64,000 bases of DNA from Eledone cirrhosa (GCA_964016885.1 OZ024740.1:100750001-100814000), one strand, 5' to 3'. Shown: positions 49,587 through 63,805, counted from the stretch's first letter. The notes: generated from the sequence alone by a model not told the origin. Translations and numbers: made by a program.

Positions 49587-49779
49587 AGTAATAATAATAC
49601 TAATAATATATTTTTATCATTAACATTAAAAGAAAATTGATAAATATATTCTTTTAGAGAATGACTTCAAATTTCATATAGCTTAGGACCTCAGCAGGTG
49701 AAAGTCCAGCTATGACTCTCTCTGATCCTCACATTGCAGAACATGTTAAAAGTTCCTACTTGCACTTTCTCCCCTTTCT

Positions 49780-50300
49780 AATTAAACTTGATAACTAGCT
49801 TCTCTTCTCGAAACTTGATATTATCTTTTTCTCTTCCTCTACATTCATTCTAATTTTCAAGGCATGTTTCTTGACTTCTATGGTTCTGTCTAACATACCA
49901 TTCCAACCCAATGTTACTTTCTATGTAGCTGCAACATTGCATCATCCAAAGATGCAAGGTTAGAACATTATGAGATGTATGTCTTTTGCAAAACCTCTCA
50001 AACTTAATAAGGCTCTGCAGTACTCAAAGCACTTCCCATCAACATTTATATTTTTCAATGCAGCTCTGGATTTACCATTAAGCAAAATAAGCACATGCTT
50101 AGGGCTTATAGTAAAGTGGGGCCCCATAAAGGTATTTTCCAGTCCAGTGTATGGGGATTGTTTACAATATGCTGTATATGGAAGAACCATAATTTTGTCA
50201 GGGTCTCTAAATGTTTTGAACTGGCCTTCATCAATAAACTGTAATAGTAGGCAACTACAATCATCCTCCACTATTTACAGCTTGTAATCAGTTCTGATCA
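49780..50300 (-). mobile_element. Possible ancient Tx1-like LINE C-terminal remnant
   Basis: Weak echoes of the E1-E3 C-terminus (EYCRAL, KHVL, KIRMNVEEE). Confidence 0.3.
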
Positions 50301-50772
50301 AGATATTAATCCTGGCCATTGTTGAGATTTTAATTCTTAAGTAGAATTCAAAGTCAATGCACAAAATACTAGAACAGATATTAAGTGTTAATTACAATAG
50401 CTTCAGATTAATCCATACCTATTGAGTGAAACTGAGTAGATAGAAACTGTTTCAAAGCCTCTTAGATGAACTGTACTCGTAATGCAAAGGCACATCCCTA
50501 TCACACTCTCATGCTGAATATCTCTGAGAATTGCATTTTGCATCCACTTGTCTGAAAATCTCAAGCCATAATTTTTTTTTGTTCATTAATTTCATGAGCA
50601 GTCTAATTCATTGCTTAAACATCTGAAACACTCATTGTTGAAATAAACAGGAGTTCATTTATCTTCCATTCCAGACAATTAAAATCTAGTTTTACTTGTT
50701 AGAGAATCAGATTAAATGTTTCATAATATTTCTTCATAGATCAAATCCTGCCAAATTCAATTTGGTATTTCA

Positions 50773-50861
50773 TTCTTCTTCTTCTTCTTCTTCTTCTTCT
50801 TCTTCTTCTTCTTCTTCTTCTTCTTCTTCTTCTTCTTCTTCTTCTTCTTCTTCTTCTTCTT
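50773..50861. repeat. (TTC)n microsatellite
   Basis: Direct reading. Confidence 0.95.
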
Positions 50862-52399
50862 CTCCCCTCCTTTCCTTGGGTTTCTGGACAATTGGTTTTT
50901 GCCCATAAAATCTGTCCAGTGATTCTTTCCTGAGACATTCTAAAGGCATGCTCATAGTGTCTGAGCTGTGATCTCTCAATCTGGGGTCGATGAATAAAAT
51001 ACCAATCCAAAGGAAACCTGCATACATGGGTGACGGCTGGTTCTGCATTAATAAACCCTTGCCCAAGCTTACACCTTGGAAAAAAAGATCTCAGTTAAGA
51101 TCACGTGAGACCTGGAGAGTCCCTTACTTTTCCATACAGTGAACACATGGAATATATTATTAAATATCCATCATCACCACCACTGCTAAAAAACAACAAA
51201 ACCACACATTTCTCTATGAATGCCACAATAAAATATAATGGTTAGTTATTGAAATTTTCCCAAACAAATTGGTATTGACATGTGAAAGTATAGTCTACTT
51301 TTACTATTTCATGTACCATGACAGGAATTTCTAAGCCTAAGTGAGAAGACATTTCACAGTTGTTTTTAGAATAATCATGTTAGATTAGACTAAATGAAGA
51401 TTATTTAATATTATTATTATTGTTGTTGTTGCTGTTGTCATTCTTATCACCACCACAACCATCATCATCATTAATATTAATATTCACCTTTTTAATTTTA
51501 TATATATATTTATTTATTTTATTCATTTTTGTACTATTTTATCTCTACAGATAACAAATTATTTTAGATCAAACAATCTCAGCAGACAGCTATAACATTA
51601 AATGCAATTAGTAAGCTAGACAGTTTTACATATATATATATATGTGTGTGTGTGTGTAGGTGCAGGCTTGGTTGGGTGTGTATATATATATATATGTATG
51701 AGTTTGTGTGTATGTATATATGGGCATTTTAATAAATATATGTACTCTACATAACATATCGAGGATTCTCTACTTTCTTTGTAAAGCCACTTGCAAATTA
51801 TTATATTATACAAGTATGTATGTGTATATATATCATCATCATCGTTTAACATCTATCTTCTACGCTAGCATGGGTTAGATGGGTATGTATATATATATAT
51901 ATATATATATACACCAAGAAAGAGAGAGGGTGAAAGCAATAGATAGTTGATTACTTCTTATTTGGAAGTAGAATGCCCAAGTTGTCTTATCTCTAAATCA
52001 AGTAGGGAGAGACAATAAAAGAAAAAGGGATAAAGAAGTAGATTTATACATATCTCTCATGTTCTTTCTCTCTCTCACTCTAACAATATGTATAATTCTA
52101 CCTTTTTTGTTTTTTTTCCTTTTTCTTTTGCTCTATCTCTCTTTATATTATTCAGATTTAAAACAATATATATATGTGCGTGCTTATCTCTTCGATTAGT
52201 TTTGAGTTTATTATGACCAGCAACCCTCCTGATGACAAAATTGTAATGAAAAATAAATTTCTGTTGTTTCTTCAATCAGTACTTCTTCAAATTTTAAGAA
52301 CGTTTCACAGATTTTTAAGGTTACAGATAACATTGTTATTTGTGGCTTATGAATTAAAAGCTGTATTTTTTTCTTCACAAACCCATATTCAGTCATATT

Positions 52400-53760
52400 A
52401 TGGTTCAGGCAGCATATATACTATAACTCCAATAATAATGGACATGAAACTGAATATGCATTTTGGGTGTTGAATCTGCAAACCTTTCAACAATGATCAG
52501 TAGATATCCTCATTCTCTTGTATTTTCCTTATTTCAATAACACCGAGTGAGTAGCTGACTTCTACAACAATAGCAGACCATTTGTGTCTTAATTTGTTGG
52601 CATCTTTTATATGTACATTCCACCAATATTCCTTTGAGAATCAGTCACAATATTTTTATTTTCTATAATGTTTTCCAGATTGTTCTGGCTACCACATCAG
52701 GTTTTTAGTGTGGTTTATCTACTTAAAGTTGTGTGACTTGGATCTCATATACTCTGGCACAACCTCTTCAGAGCTCTATTTTGTATTTTGCTTGAGAATT
52801 GAGTAGAATTTTCCATTGTTCTCAGGAGATAGATTTGTGTCAACTATTATTTCATATCACTCCTCAAGTATCATAACAATATTGTTATTTTCATGCTCAT
52901 GTTGTTTTTCTGTTAAACATCGTGCACAATGGTAATGCAGGTTTTAGAGCACTGGCACCCACCTTGCATTGGAAATATAACCTGTCCACAACCTCATTAA
53001 TGTTAACATTTCCTGTAATGGTGAGCAACTTGTGAAATCATATATCCATCTTGTTCAGTTCTTGCAGTGACCAGTTCAGAATAGTGGGTTTAATGAGAGA
53101 ATAAAGAGTAGCACTGACAAGCTATTGTCATGCTCTTTGAATAATGTATGGTAGCATCAGATTCAATTTGATTCTTATCACATTTAAAAGAATGTTTTTA
53201 CCAGATGATAAGTGATACTAAAAATTGTGGAATTTTGGCTAACTATTAGTCCTTGATACTCCACCTATGTGGTATACTATCAAATGTCTTCTGGTAGTTG
53301 AGCCACATTACAGCTAAATTCCTGCAAATTTTCACTGTTTTTTCTTGCATCCCATTGTTAATTAGTTGTTACTTTATACAGCCCCCACACTACCTTCTTT
53401 CCCCCAGCTTGCTCAGGTGGTATGATGTTGTTGGAGGCACAATGATCCTGCAAGAAAAGATTGAGGTACCTCATGTATTATTTATACATGAAATTCTGGA
53501 ATGAGGAGAGTAATGGCAGTAGATGCCTCTCAACTCATCTGCTACAACCACACCAAATTTCATCAATAAAAGATGAGATCCTTAAGCCAATACCCAGTTA
53601 TGAGGTCAGGGCCTGGTGAGTTTCTGTTTGTACTTACTATAGGGCTATTTTCAGCAATGCACCATTTATTTCAAATTACCTTTCTTGAACTAGCTCTTCT
53701 AGTCATAACACATGGCTGCTGAACTCATCATTTCTTTTCCATTGATACTTCTAGTAGCTC
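52400..53760 (-). mobile_element. Degraded R4/Dong-like (RLE) non-LTR retrotransposon
   Basis: Minus strand remnants NRNSPGPDLITGYWLKDL, ILNWSLQELNKMD, KPDVV, IVVEVS. Confidence 0.6.
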
Positions 53761-54081
53761 TCAACATGATATTTTGTAAAGGGGCTTTTTACACTGTTCA
53801 CACTGATGCTATCATAGCCCGATTTAATATTTATTTGGTTCGATTCCTGCCAGCCTCTCCAACTTTATTCAGTCTCTATAATTAATTTATCTGACTTAAT
53901 CAACTATATTATCGACATTACAAGAATTGCAGCAGATTTTCATAATAAAAGCAAATAGATTTCAAATTTTCAAATTTGACCAATTTCTTCATAAACTTAA
54001 CAGTTTATATACATTTCTAGTCAACACACGCACACACACAAACATATATATATATATATATATATATATTCCTTCATTTAA

Positions 54082-54304
54082 CCCTAAGGATTTACATTAC
54101 TCTATATTTATTATTGTATTTTTTTATGTGGTAAACACTCTATTTCACACAATTATCCACATGATATCAAATCAACGAGGTTTTGATATTACTTATTTTG
54201 AGAACAATACCTTAACATAAGTATGATCAGCCAGTTATGGCCGATTTGAGCAGAAAAGGGTGAGAGAATTCTGGCCAGATACAACCGGTTTAAATGCTAA
54301 AGGG
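54082..54304. mobile_element. piggyBac-like MITE
   Basis: TTAA-CCC...GGG-TTAA ends with imperfect TIRs ccctaaggattta / taaatgctaaaggg. Confidence 0.55.
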
Positions 54305-55194
54305 TTAATGTAGTTTTCAATTTTGATTTAGGTGAGAGGTCAGATAAATTGATACGGTGGTAGGAAAGGAATTAATGGAAGATAGACAGTAATAGGCAGC
54401 TACATGTTGTAGAGAGACATTATTTAAAATGGATTAATGCAAGTGGGAGAGAGTGTTCTTTGTCAGCAAAAATGGATAGGAGGAGGTAATGTGAGAGAGG
54501 ATGGAGGGTTGGAGAATAACAATAGTCTGAATGATGAGAACATTGATGGATCGAAATAGAGAAGGTGGGAAGAGAATGATGGCCATCCATCATTCATTCC
54601 ACAAGCATCATTATGAGAAGTTCAATAATAAGTAGTAAAAGTGGGAGAATGGAATACATTGAAATCTAGTGTCATTCTTGTTACACTGGTGATATTGTGA
54701 GTGACAGTTGAGAGAGTAAGAAAGAGGGTAAAGAGATGAAGGGTTAAACCTGAATATAATACAGAAACCCCTAATGTGGATGTATTATACATCACAACCT
54801 CCAGCACTAACCCCATTTTAACAATTATTTTTGACCATACTTGAACAGTGCTTAAAAAGACAACTTTTTAAGCACTGTATGTAACCACTTGTCACAATTG
54901 AAAATTAATTGATAACAATCGGAATTAAAATACTGCAATGTAAAAAGAGAATGTGACACTTATTTGAAAGATGGTTGGCATATGTGAAAAATTAAAAAAA
55001 GTATTTTTGGAAGTAAAATAAAATAACTCAAATAAAAAAAAAATATATATATCTTGGAAGTAAAATAGAATAACTTAAATATAAAAAAGTCACTTAACAG
55101 ACATGTCTGCTCCTTTTGTATATTAATGATTAACAGCAAACAGAAAAATGAACATCTAAATAATATGGCATCTATGTATGTCAGGTCACTCCTG

Positions 55195-55372
55195 AGAGCT
55201 AGTGGTAACATGTAACCCAGTATAATCTGTCACGTGGTTGGGTCGTTGGTGATTGAACCGGCAACCCCACCGAGCTTGCTTGGTGAGGAGGGTGATGTTG
55301 GACACCCTGCAGAATGAAAAGCAAAACCTGACAAAGAGCAGATAAACTCATGAGAGTCAACAGCCATCCAAT
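55195..55372 (+). repeat. 3'-truncated second copy of the 24305 5'-UTR/ribozyme-like sequence
   Basis: Aligns to 24308-24480. Confidence 0.7.
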
Positions 55373-55542
55373 ACTGTGTATATATTGTGTGGGTGTGTGA
55401 ATGAGTGTGAGTTTTTTCTTTTAAATCTTAATTTTTTACATTTCAATATCTTTTATATTTTTATATTTTACATATATCCTAACCTTTTACATTTTAATCT
55501 ATGTACATATGCCGGATCATTGAAATATTCAGGTTGGTGTTT

Positions 55543-58120
55543 GAGGGTGCTGAAAGCCCACTGGCAGTAAGCGACCCCTGGTCTTTGTAAATGTATCCCT
55601 TTAGGAGATGGCTAATTCATAGATAAAACCTGCTGCTCTACTGAGCTGGACATCTTGCAATTTGCTTGTCTCTAGGTTTCTTGGTATTGTTAGTGAGAGT
55701 TGTGGTGTTCTACAAGCCACATTCGACTTAAAACTCTTGCACAGTCATTGCTGACACTTAACACTTAATATTTTATGTTCTTGCCTTTTGAAGTCCAGTG
55801 ACGATATGTACAGGTCTGATGGGCTGGAGGTATGCAGCTGCTGATCTGCACACAGGTGGCCCTTGGTAGATACAAAATCGCTAGTTCACTGATTTGGTGC
55901 AGAGATGAATTTTTTGGTTGCTTTACTGCTCAACAGTAAATCTGGAGGTATCTAGAAAAGGTGACCCAAACATTGCCTGCTTCTTTAATCCTTCTGGCCA
56001 GTTTAGAACAGCTGGCAAGTACCCACTATGTACTTGAAACAGCAAAATGCGTAAAAGATTCAATATAAAACTAAATATATTCTGTTGAAATGGGAGGACT
56101 TTCATTGACAATCCTGAATTGGGAATAGAGGGATCTTCGCCTGCATGAAGAACTGCCTTTATATGTAAAGAACTCCAAAAATATTTATTTGCTTTTATTA
56201 TGAAAAACTATCATAATTCATTTAATGATTATAAAATAGTCAGGTAAATTGCCCTTGTCAATATAATCCTCCTCTCAGAGGCTCAGCTTGCTAAAGATGG
56301 CCAAATCCAAGAACCTGCTAGAGGTTATACCTTTTTCTGTGAAGGTAGAAAGCTTGATAATTGAAGAGAAGCAGCTATTGGATTTGCAATCCATAACACC
56401 ATAGTCCAAAGGTGACTGTGTAACAACATGGATGCATCGAAGGTCTAAGCAGTGGCACCTGCTGGACTATGTGATCATCCGTAAACTTTACATGCAAGAT
56501 GTTTGCAGTTTTCATACCTTGTGTGATGCAGATTGCTGGACAGACTTGCTCTTGATGTCTGGGTGGCTGGAGAAGTCCCAAAGTAATAGAGAGGTGCTAA
56601 AATGGTTCCTCTGTACAAGGGCAAAAGCTACGAAAGCTACAGAGGCATAGCTCTTTTATGCACAACCAGAAAGATTTTGTCTGGTGTAATCCTGTTCAGA
56701 CTGAACTTCCATATCTCCATCAGGGTTCTACCAGAATCACAATGCAGCTTTTGAACAAACAGTGAAACCATGGACATGGTATTTATAGCATGGCAAATCC
56801 AAGAAATGTGTATAGAACAGGTCTAGTGCTTATATCAAGTCTTTGTCGATTTCACAAAGGCCTTTGATACCATCAACAGAGACGTGCTCTGGATTGTTTT
56901 CGGAAAGCTAGGTTGTCCCTAACATTTCATCAGCTTGGTCAAGTCCTTCTATGATGACATGGAGGCTTCTGTCAATGTTGGAGACATTATGTCTGAACCA
57001 ATAAAAGTAGAGAATGGAGTTAAACAGGGAAACTTGGTTGCACAGACATTGTTTTCCCTCTTCTTTTCTATTGTTCTTAATGATGCCTTCAAGTACAGTA
57101 TGTGCGATATCACAGTACAGACAAGCTTTTTAACATACACCACTTTGTCACTAAATCAAAAGTCCTAACTTTTGCCAGTGGTCTCCTCTATGCTGATGAC
57201 TGTGACATGGTCACTCTTCAAGAAAGTGTTTTGTCCCAGAAAGGCTTGAAAAAGGAAACAAAGCTAGATGCTTATAATGCCTGTGTCCTTACAAGCCTTC
57301 TTTACTCTTGTGAGACGTGGGTGGTTTACAGGAAACATTTAAGTTTATTGGAGCACTTCCACCTAAGCTGCCTAAGATCAATCTTGGGCATCCACTAGTT
57401 CTAGTATGTTCCAGACACAGAGGTACAGGAACAAGCTGATACCCTCAATATAGAAGCTTTTATACACAGGCACAGTCTTTGCATGGTAGGACATTGACAC
57501 AGGTTCATGATAGCCATATTCCCAAGTAGATGCTTTACAGAGAGCTGGCTGAAGAAAAACGACCTCAGCAAAAACCCAAGAAGCATTTGAAGGACTGTGT
57601 CAAGGACTCATTGCTGCAACTTGATATGACTTTCATGACTGGGAAGTTGAGGCTGGCAACAGAACAAGTAGAGAAGAAAACTATATGAAGGATGTCAATC
57701 ACTCCATGCAAAAGAAATAAGCTGGGCAAATACCAAAGGAGCTAGCTATAAGGGAGAGAAAGTTGACCCAGAGGTTCCTCAGTTTGTTTGCCATGAATGT
57801 GGCTGAATATGCCTGTCAAATGCAGGACTCCAAAGCCACCTCAGGAATCACATGGACAATCTACCAACAGATTATGCTAAGTTCATTGTTGCAGACCCTC
57901 TTGTGATATATGCAGCAAAATCTGCAAGAGCAGCTCTGGATTCACAAGACACTTAATGACCCATAAGGATCTTCCAATTGAAAGGTATAACCATCAGGTT
58001 GTAAATATAGATTCGGATATAGTTTGTAGACTTTATGGCAAACCGTGTAAGTCATTGCCGATCTCATGTTTAAAGGAAAAACCAACTGGGAGTCAATCTT
58101 TCAGCAATGGCCGTACTTAT
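55543..58120 (+). mobile_element. Degraded RTE (BovB-like) LINE with C-terminal C2H2 fingers
   Basis: APE remnant HRRSKQWHLLDYVI; RT FVDFTKAFD, GVKQG, LYADD, LLYSCETW; fingers FVCHECG*ICLSNAGLQSHLRNH and CDICSKICKSSSGFTRHLMTH. Confidence 0.8.
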
Positions 58121-58619
58121 CTGATGAGTGAACAGCCATCATTTACGTATGCATGTGCGTGGGTGTGTGTGTATGTGTGTGTGTGCGTGTGTGTATGCGT
58201 GTGTGTATGTGTGTGTATTATCATCATCATCACTGTTTAATATTTATTTTCCATGCTTACATGCTTTAGACATTATGAGGCTATGTAGGTCACATGACCA
58301 CATTCTGTTCATATGATTCATTTTTGGCGTTGCTTTCTACAGCTGGATACCCTTCCTAACACCAGCCACGTTACAGTGAGGAATGGATGTTTGTGTGTGT
58401 GTGTGTCACCAGCACAATCACCTTACAAAATGGGGTGGCTGCTTTTTGCTCTGGAACCAATATAACCACCTTACAGGATGAAATGAGTGTTTTTGTTGTA
58501 GCACCAGCACTACCACTGTACAGGAAGGGCCAGGTGCTTTTTGTCATGGCACCAGCCAAGTGGGACAGCAAGTGACATTTCATGGGGTTATTTGTGTGTG
58601 TATAGGTTTGTAGCTAGGT

Positions 58620-59330
58620 CATCTCCATACAGGAGTTCCCATAAAGAGCCAGTCTTAAACTCCTTTGTTATGACCTGAAGGACTACAGCATAAGGTGTCT
58701 AAGAACATAAATCTGGTTGACACCCACCCTCATGCCGAATTCTTCACTATATCTCATTGTTAATTTTCACTTTGATGTCCCCTGGTACATAGCTTGTACA
58801 ACCCTCACAAGCTATTCATCTACCCTTTGTTTCCTAAGAGCTCACCAGATTATGGAACAAGGTACTCTGTCAAAAGCTTTCACTAAGTCAACACATGCCA
58901 GATAGAGGAGCTTATTCTTAGCTAAATAACATTTTTGCAGTTGTCTCATGAAGAGGAAGGTATCAGTTGTAGCTCTACCTGGTACAACTGAACTGCCCCT
59001 CATCTAGCTTAAATTGATCCTTGATCAATTGCACTGTGATTCTTTCTGTAACTTTCATGGCCTGGTCCATCAGTTTGATACCTGTATAGTTTCCCCTGTC
59101 TAGTACATATATCTTGTAGTAGTTGATGATGATGCTGCTACATCAGTCATTGGGTATAGTAACATCTTGAATTACCCAATTTTATATATGTGTACTTAAA
59201 ATATGGCGCACCATCCCTTATACTTTCAGCATATCAGCAGAGATCGCTGATGGTTCCCTACCTTTCCTCTCTTCATATCCATAATTGTTTTACTTACCCT
59301 ACAGCTGCTGAAATGGATGGATGGTCTCTC
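58620..59330 (-). mobile_element. Degraded RT fragment of the 6123-type RTE family
   Basis: Minus strand NYTGIKLMDQAMKVTE, VDLVKAFDRVP, EFKTGS. Confidence 0.75.
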
Positions 59331-60100
59331 TGTTGAGTCTAATTGGAGTAGGCTATCTTCCTCTCATGCATTCTCTTCATTCAACAGTCTATCATAATGT
59401 CACTTCCATGCCACTAACTTCTGTCAAAATGTACATAATGCCTAGCTTATCCGCTGGATTCTTTGTATTGTTCTCTGTTTCCTTCATTCTACTAGTTCAG
59501 ATGGCTGTTATTTCTATAATTTGAAAGACCATATAGTGGCTTAACAAACAGGGCATTCAGCTGTTGTTTCTAGTAGGTTGTGAAATAATTAAGAAGCTTG
59601 CTCTCATTGACTCATTTGGCTGTTATATCTAGGAGATTAAAAGACTAATTTACTACTATTTCTAGCAGGTTGAGAGACCACACAAAGATTCCCTCATTGG
59701 TTTATGTCTAGCTGTGTTCTTTATGGTAGTTTTAGTGATATTGGCAATTGGTTTGCTTCTATATTAATAAGTTGCTATGTCTGTTTAAGCTAAGTCAGGT
59801 TGACTGAAAGCAAATATTGTCTAAAGTAGACACTACAGGGCAGTTGGACACAGACCATTTGTGAAATTGATCGGATTCTATTGACTGTGAAGAAAATAAA
59901 CAATGTATGAGTATATAAGTGTCATATACTTGAAGGTGATCGAAGCGAAACCAGAGTCATAGAGGAAGAGGGATAGGGATGTACAGCAGCTTGTACATGA
60001 TCTGAGACAATGTTGATTAATTGCAGAAGTGAGAAGTAAAAAAGTCAGATGGAAGCCTGTCATAAATAAATATCATCATCATCATACTCATTTTGCAAAC

Positions 60101-60143
<43 letters not shown>

Positions 60144-60173
60144 GGTGTGTGAGTGTGTGTGTGTATATATTTC

Positions 60174-60240
<67 letters not shown>

Positions 60241-60393
60241 AGTAAGAATATTTTCGAAACAGCGAATGGGTTTGAAATTATTAGAAATGTAAGCTATCGC
60301 CGTATTTTGACTAAAGAAATTAAAGAAATTATTTAGCCTGATAGTGGGGTTAAGAACCCTCGGAGAAATGGAAAAAGATGAGTATTAACGTAC

Positions 60394-60451
<58 letters not shown>

Positions 60452-60571
60452 TGTATATAAATATATGTATATGCATATGCATCTATATATATGTATATGT
60501 ATATGTATATATATGTATAGCTATATATATGTATATGTATATGTATATATACATGTATATGTATATATACA

Positions 60572-60910
60572 TGGCCTAGTGGTTAGAGCATTGGCCTTGC
60601 AATCGAAAGGTTGTGAGTTCAATTCTCAGACCGGGTGATGTGTTCTTTCCTTGAGCAAGACACTTTATTTCACATTGCTCCAGTTTACTCAGCTGTAGAA
60701 ATGAAATGATAGGGACTGGGGTCCATATCATTCCACTGCAAAGTGGTCGTGGAGGTGCCACGGCAAAAAAAAGCACCCAGCACTCACTGTAAATGCGTTT
60801 GGTGTTAGGAAGGGCATCCAGCTGTAGAAATCAAGCCAGCATTAGTTCCCGTCCCACCCTTGCAAGCAGGGAAAAAGCGGACGTAAAATGAAACGATGAA
60901 ACGAAACGAT
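60572..60910 (+). mobile_element. CORE-type SINE family A copy
   Basis: Highly similar to 18129-18473. Confidence 0.85.
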
Positions 60911-61761
60911 GTATAGCTATATATATGTATATGTATATATATGCATATGTATATGTATATGTATATGCATATATATGTATAAATATATATAAGCATGTAT
61001 ATGTATATATACGTCTAACCCATGCTAGCGTGGAAGATGGATATTAAACAAAGATGATGATGATGATGATGATGTATATATATGTATATATATATATAAT
61101 TGGTGTGGATGCTTAAAGCGTCCGTATGTGGTAGGCCATTTGAGCCATTTGAGCAGAATATAATATCACAGACAAAAAAGAGAATCAGTGTTGCAACAAA
61201 TGGAATTTATTGGACATATTACAATCGTTTCTCTAGCTCAAGGCACGGTAAATGTGATGATCGAACCTGACTCTGAAAATCGCAAGGTCCTCAGATACAT
61301 CTTGATTCTCCGAAGCAGATTTTCCTTGCAATTTTCAGAGTCATGTTCGATCATCACATCGATCATGCCTCGATTATAGTCATAGTTCGAAATATCGTCA
61401 TCCACTATAGAGTGGGAGCTATAACTGAACTCTGAAACCTAAGGGGCTGCGCGTAGATGTTAAGTGTATAGAAGTTAATATAAACTGAATAAGATCACTT
61501 GTACTAGATTGTGTATTCTATCTACTGATATCCTGTCTACTTATACATATATCCTATGTCTTGCCAGTTTGTAGAATAGATACAACCTCTCCCTGCATGT
61601 CATATGAAGCAACTAAAATGGCTGGGGTTAGAAAGGGCATCGGGTTATAAAACCTTGTCTCTGGAAAAGTGGATGGTAAAATGGGAGACATGTATATATA
61701 TATATATATATCTGTGTCATTGAATAGCATGAGAATAAGTACTCACTATAGAGGTAGAGTG

Positions 61762-61950
61762 GCGGTGGATTGGCAATATCGGTAGAGGGTCGGACGCCAT
61801 GCTTTGATGCATAGAGTTACGGCACTTGCCATTCTGAGTTCAATTCCCGCCAAGGTTAACTTCGCTTTTCCTCCTTACGGGGTCGATAAGATAAAATACC
61901 AGTAATGTACTGGGTTATTTGCTGGCCTTGTGCCAAAAGTAGAAACAATT
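61762..61950 (+). mobile_element. SINE family B copy
   Basis: Homologous to 13676-13850. Confidence 0.7.
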
Positions 61951-62106
61951 ATAGCGGTAGAGTTTGGATAGTCATTTGTTACAGCTTGGTGGTGAGTCAT
62001 CCTCTATTTATACTGTCTTGTTATCGAAGATTTAGTCTTGCTTGATGATCCTGTGAGTGTGCAGGAGAAACTCCAGAGTTACAAGTTATCACTTAACCAT
62101 AATAAA

Positions 62107-62147
<41 letters not shown>

Positions 62148-62530
62148 ATATATATATATACATATATAATTCATTAGAAAATATTTTAAAATATTATCAC
62201 ATTCTATGTTGGACACCCGTATTCAAAACATGATCAAGGTTAATAGTTGCCAGTCAAATTTTCTGTTGTTTTCTTTTCTGCTGGCAATTTATCAATAATG
62301 AATAAAATATCAATAGCCTTTAAACCATTAAATAGGAAACTAATTGTATCACAAGTCCTAATTGACTTATTATCATATGAGATACCTGATCTGGAAAAAT
62401 ATTTACTACATCAATATCATTTGCTGTGAAATAGAAAGAACAGTTAATATTTACATCTTGGTTTTGTTGTGTGATAGTTTTATTAAGTTACAAACTTCCC
62501 TTGAGGTATATATTATTAATATTATTTTAG

Positions 62531-63125
62531 GGCAGTGGATTGGCAGTACCGGTAGAGGGTCGGAAGCCATGCTTTCCAGCATAGGTACGTCCCTTTACGA
62601 TCTGAGTTCAAATCCCGCTGAGGTTGACTTTGCCTTTCATCCTTACGGGGTCGATAAAATAAAGTACCAGTAATTCACTGGGTAATTGCTGGCCTTGTAC
62701 CTAAAGTAGAAACAATTATTGAGCGGTGGTGGATTGGCAGAGTTGTTAGAGTGTTTGACAAATACTTAGCAGTATTTATTCTAGTTCTTTACATTTTCTT
62801 TTCAGATCCTTCCAATGTCAACATTACCTTACATATTTCCGTAGTCAATAAAATAAAGTACCAATCAAGTACTAGGGTTAATTTAATCGACTTTTGTTTT
62901 CCCCAAAAACTTACTTATCTTGTGCCTATATTAGAAACCTATATCTTAGGAATATAATTGTCATCGGTTGGTAGAATTGTTAGAACCCTGGCCAATATGC
63001 CTCATGGTATATATTGCATTTCTTCATATTTTGTGTTCATAGTTTGCCAATGTGGACCTAGCCTTTCATTTTCCCAGAGTCAATAAAATAAAGTACCAGT
63101 TAATAACTGGGATCAATATAACTAA
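62531..63125 (+). mobile_element. Three head-to-tail SINE family B or related units
   Basis: Three successive tggattggcag/gttggtagaa heads, each followed by aataaaataaagtacca. Confidence 0.6.
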
Positions 63126-63138
63126 CACCCTGTCCACC

Positions 63139-63775
63139 AATGTCTGTACATCTACTACAAACAATGTTTACCTTTTCTGTTAGTCTGCTTGGTATTACAC
63201 TACATCTCGTGTGTACCCAAGATATATGTTTTGTATATCATATAGAGTTTCTACCTATCCCATTTTTAGATGTTGGACAAAGTCAATTCCTTGATGGGAT
63301 CAGAGTCATGTTTTCTTTCTTCTTTGACTTTTGCAAAGTTTACTCTAAGTCATCTGGATTATAACTTCTGTTTCCATAACAAGAATTTCTTCTCCTGCTT
63401 TACTACAGGTTCACCTATATGAACCAGTTTGTCAGTACATAGAAGTTCCCAAAGACAGATGGCCTGGAAAACTTTGATAAACAGAATTGGACTGAGGATT
63501 TAACCCCCAATGAACACATACCTGCACATTGAATTATTTATTAAACACATCACCTACTCTCTTTTTATTGACAGATCCTCTGTACATGGCTTGCATTGCT
63601 CCCACTAGCCATTCATTTACACCTATTAAGTAACACTAGATGACAAATCATGGTACTCTGTCAAAAGTCTTCTTCAGATCAAAGAAAGCTGGATGTAGTA
63701 GCTTACACTTAGCTAGGAACTTCTCTTGTAACTGGCACAACATTTACATCTCATCTAATTTGACTCTATCCTTAA
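63139..63775 (-). mobile_element. Degraded RTE-family RT/PHD fragment
   Basis: Minus strand FFDLKKTFDRVP, WELL, PSRN*LCPT..KMG...HTRCS...C...C. Confidence 0.7.
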
Positions 63776-63805
63776 TTCTAAAAGTCTAAAATCTGTCTCA
63801 AACCC

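Noticed and set aside
51541-51616. Acceptor/donor-bounded 60-nt segment (also acceptor-like sites at 17726, 29611, 33308)
   Set aside because: Stops in all three frames; such signals are common by chance in AT-rich DNA. A non-coding exon cannot be excluded.
54845-54878. Perfect 15-bp hairpin resembling a terminator or pre-miRNA
   Set aside because: Too short for a pre-miRNA, bacterial terminators are irrelevant here, and there is no supporting context.
60337-60375. ctgatagt-gggg..ccct-cgga hammerhead-like motif
   Set aside because: Core nucleotides and stems I/III do not fit.
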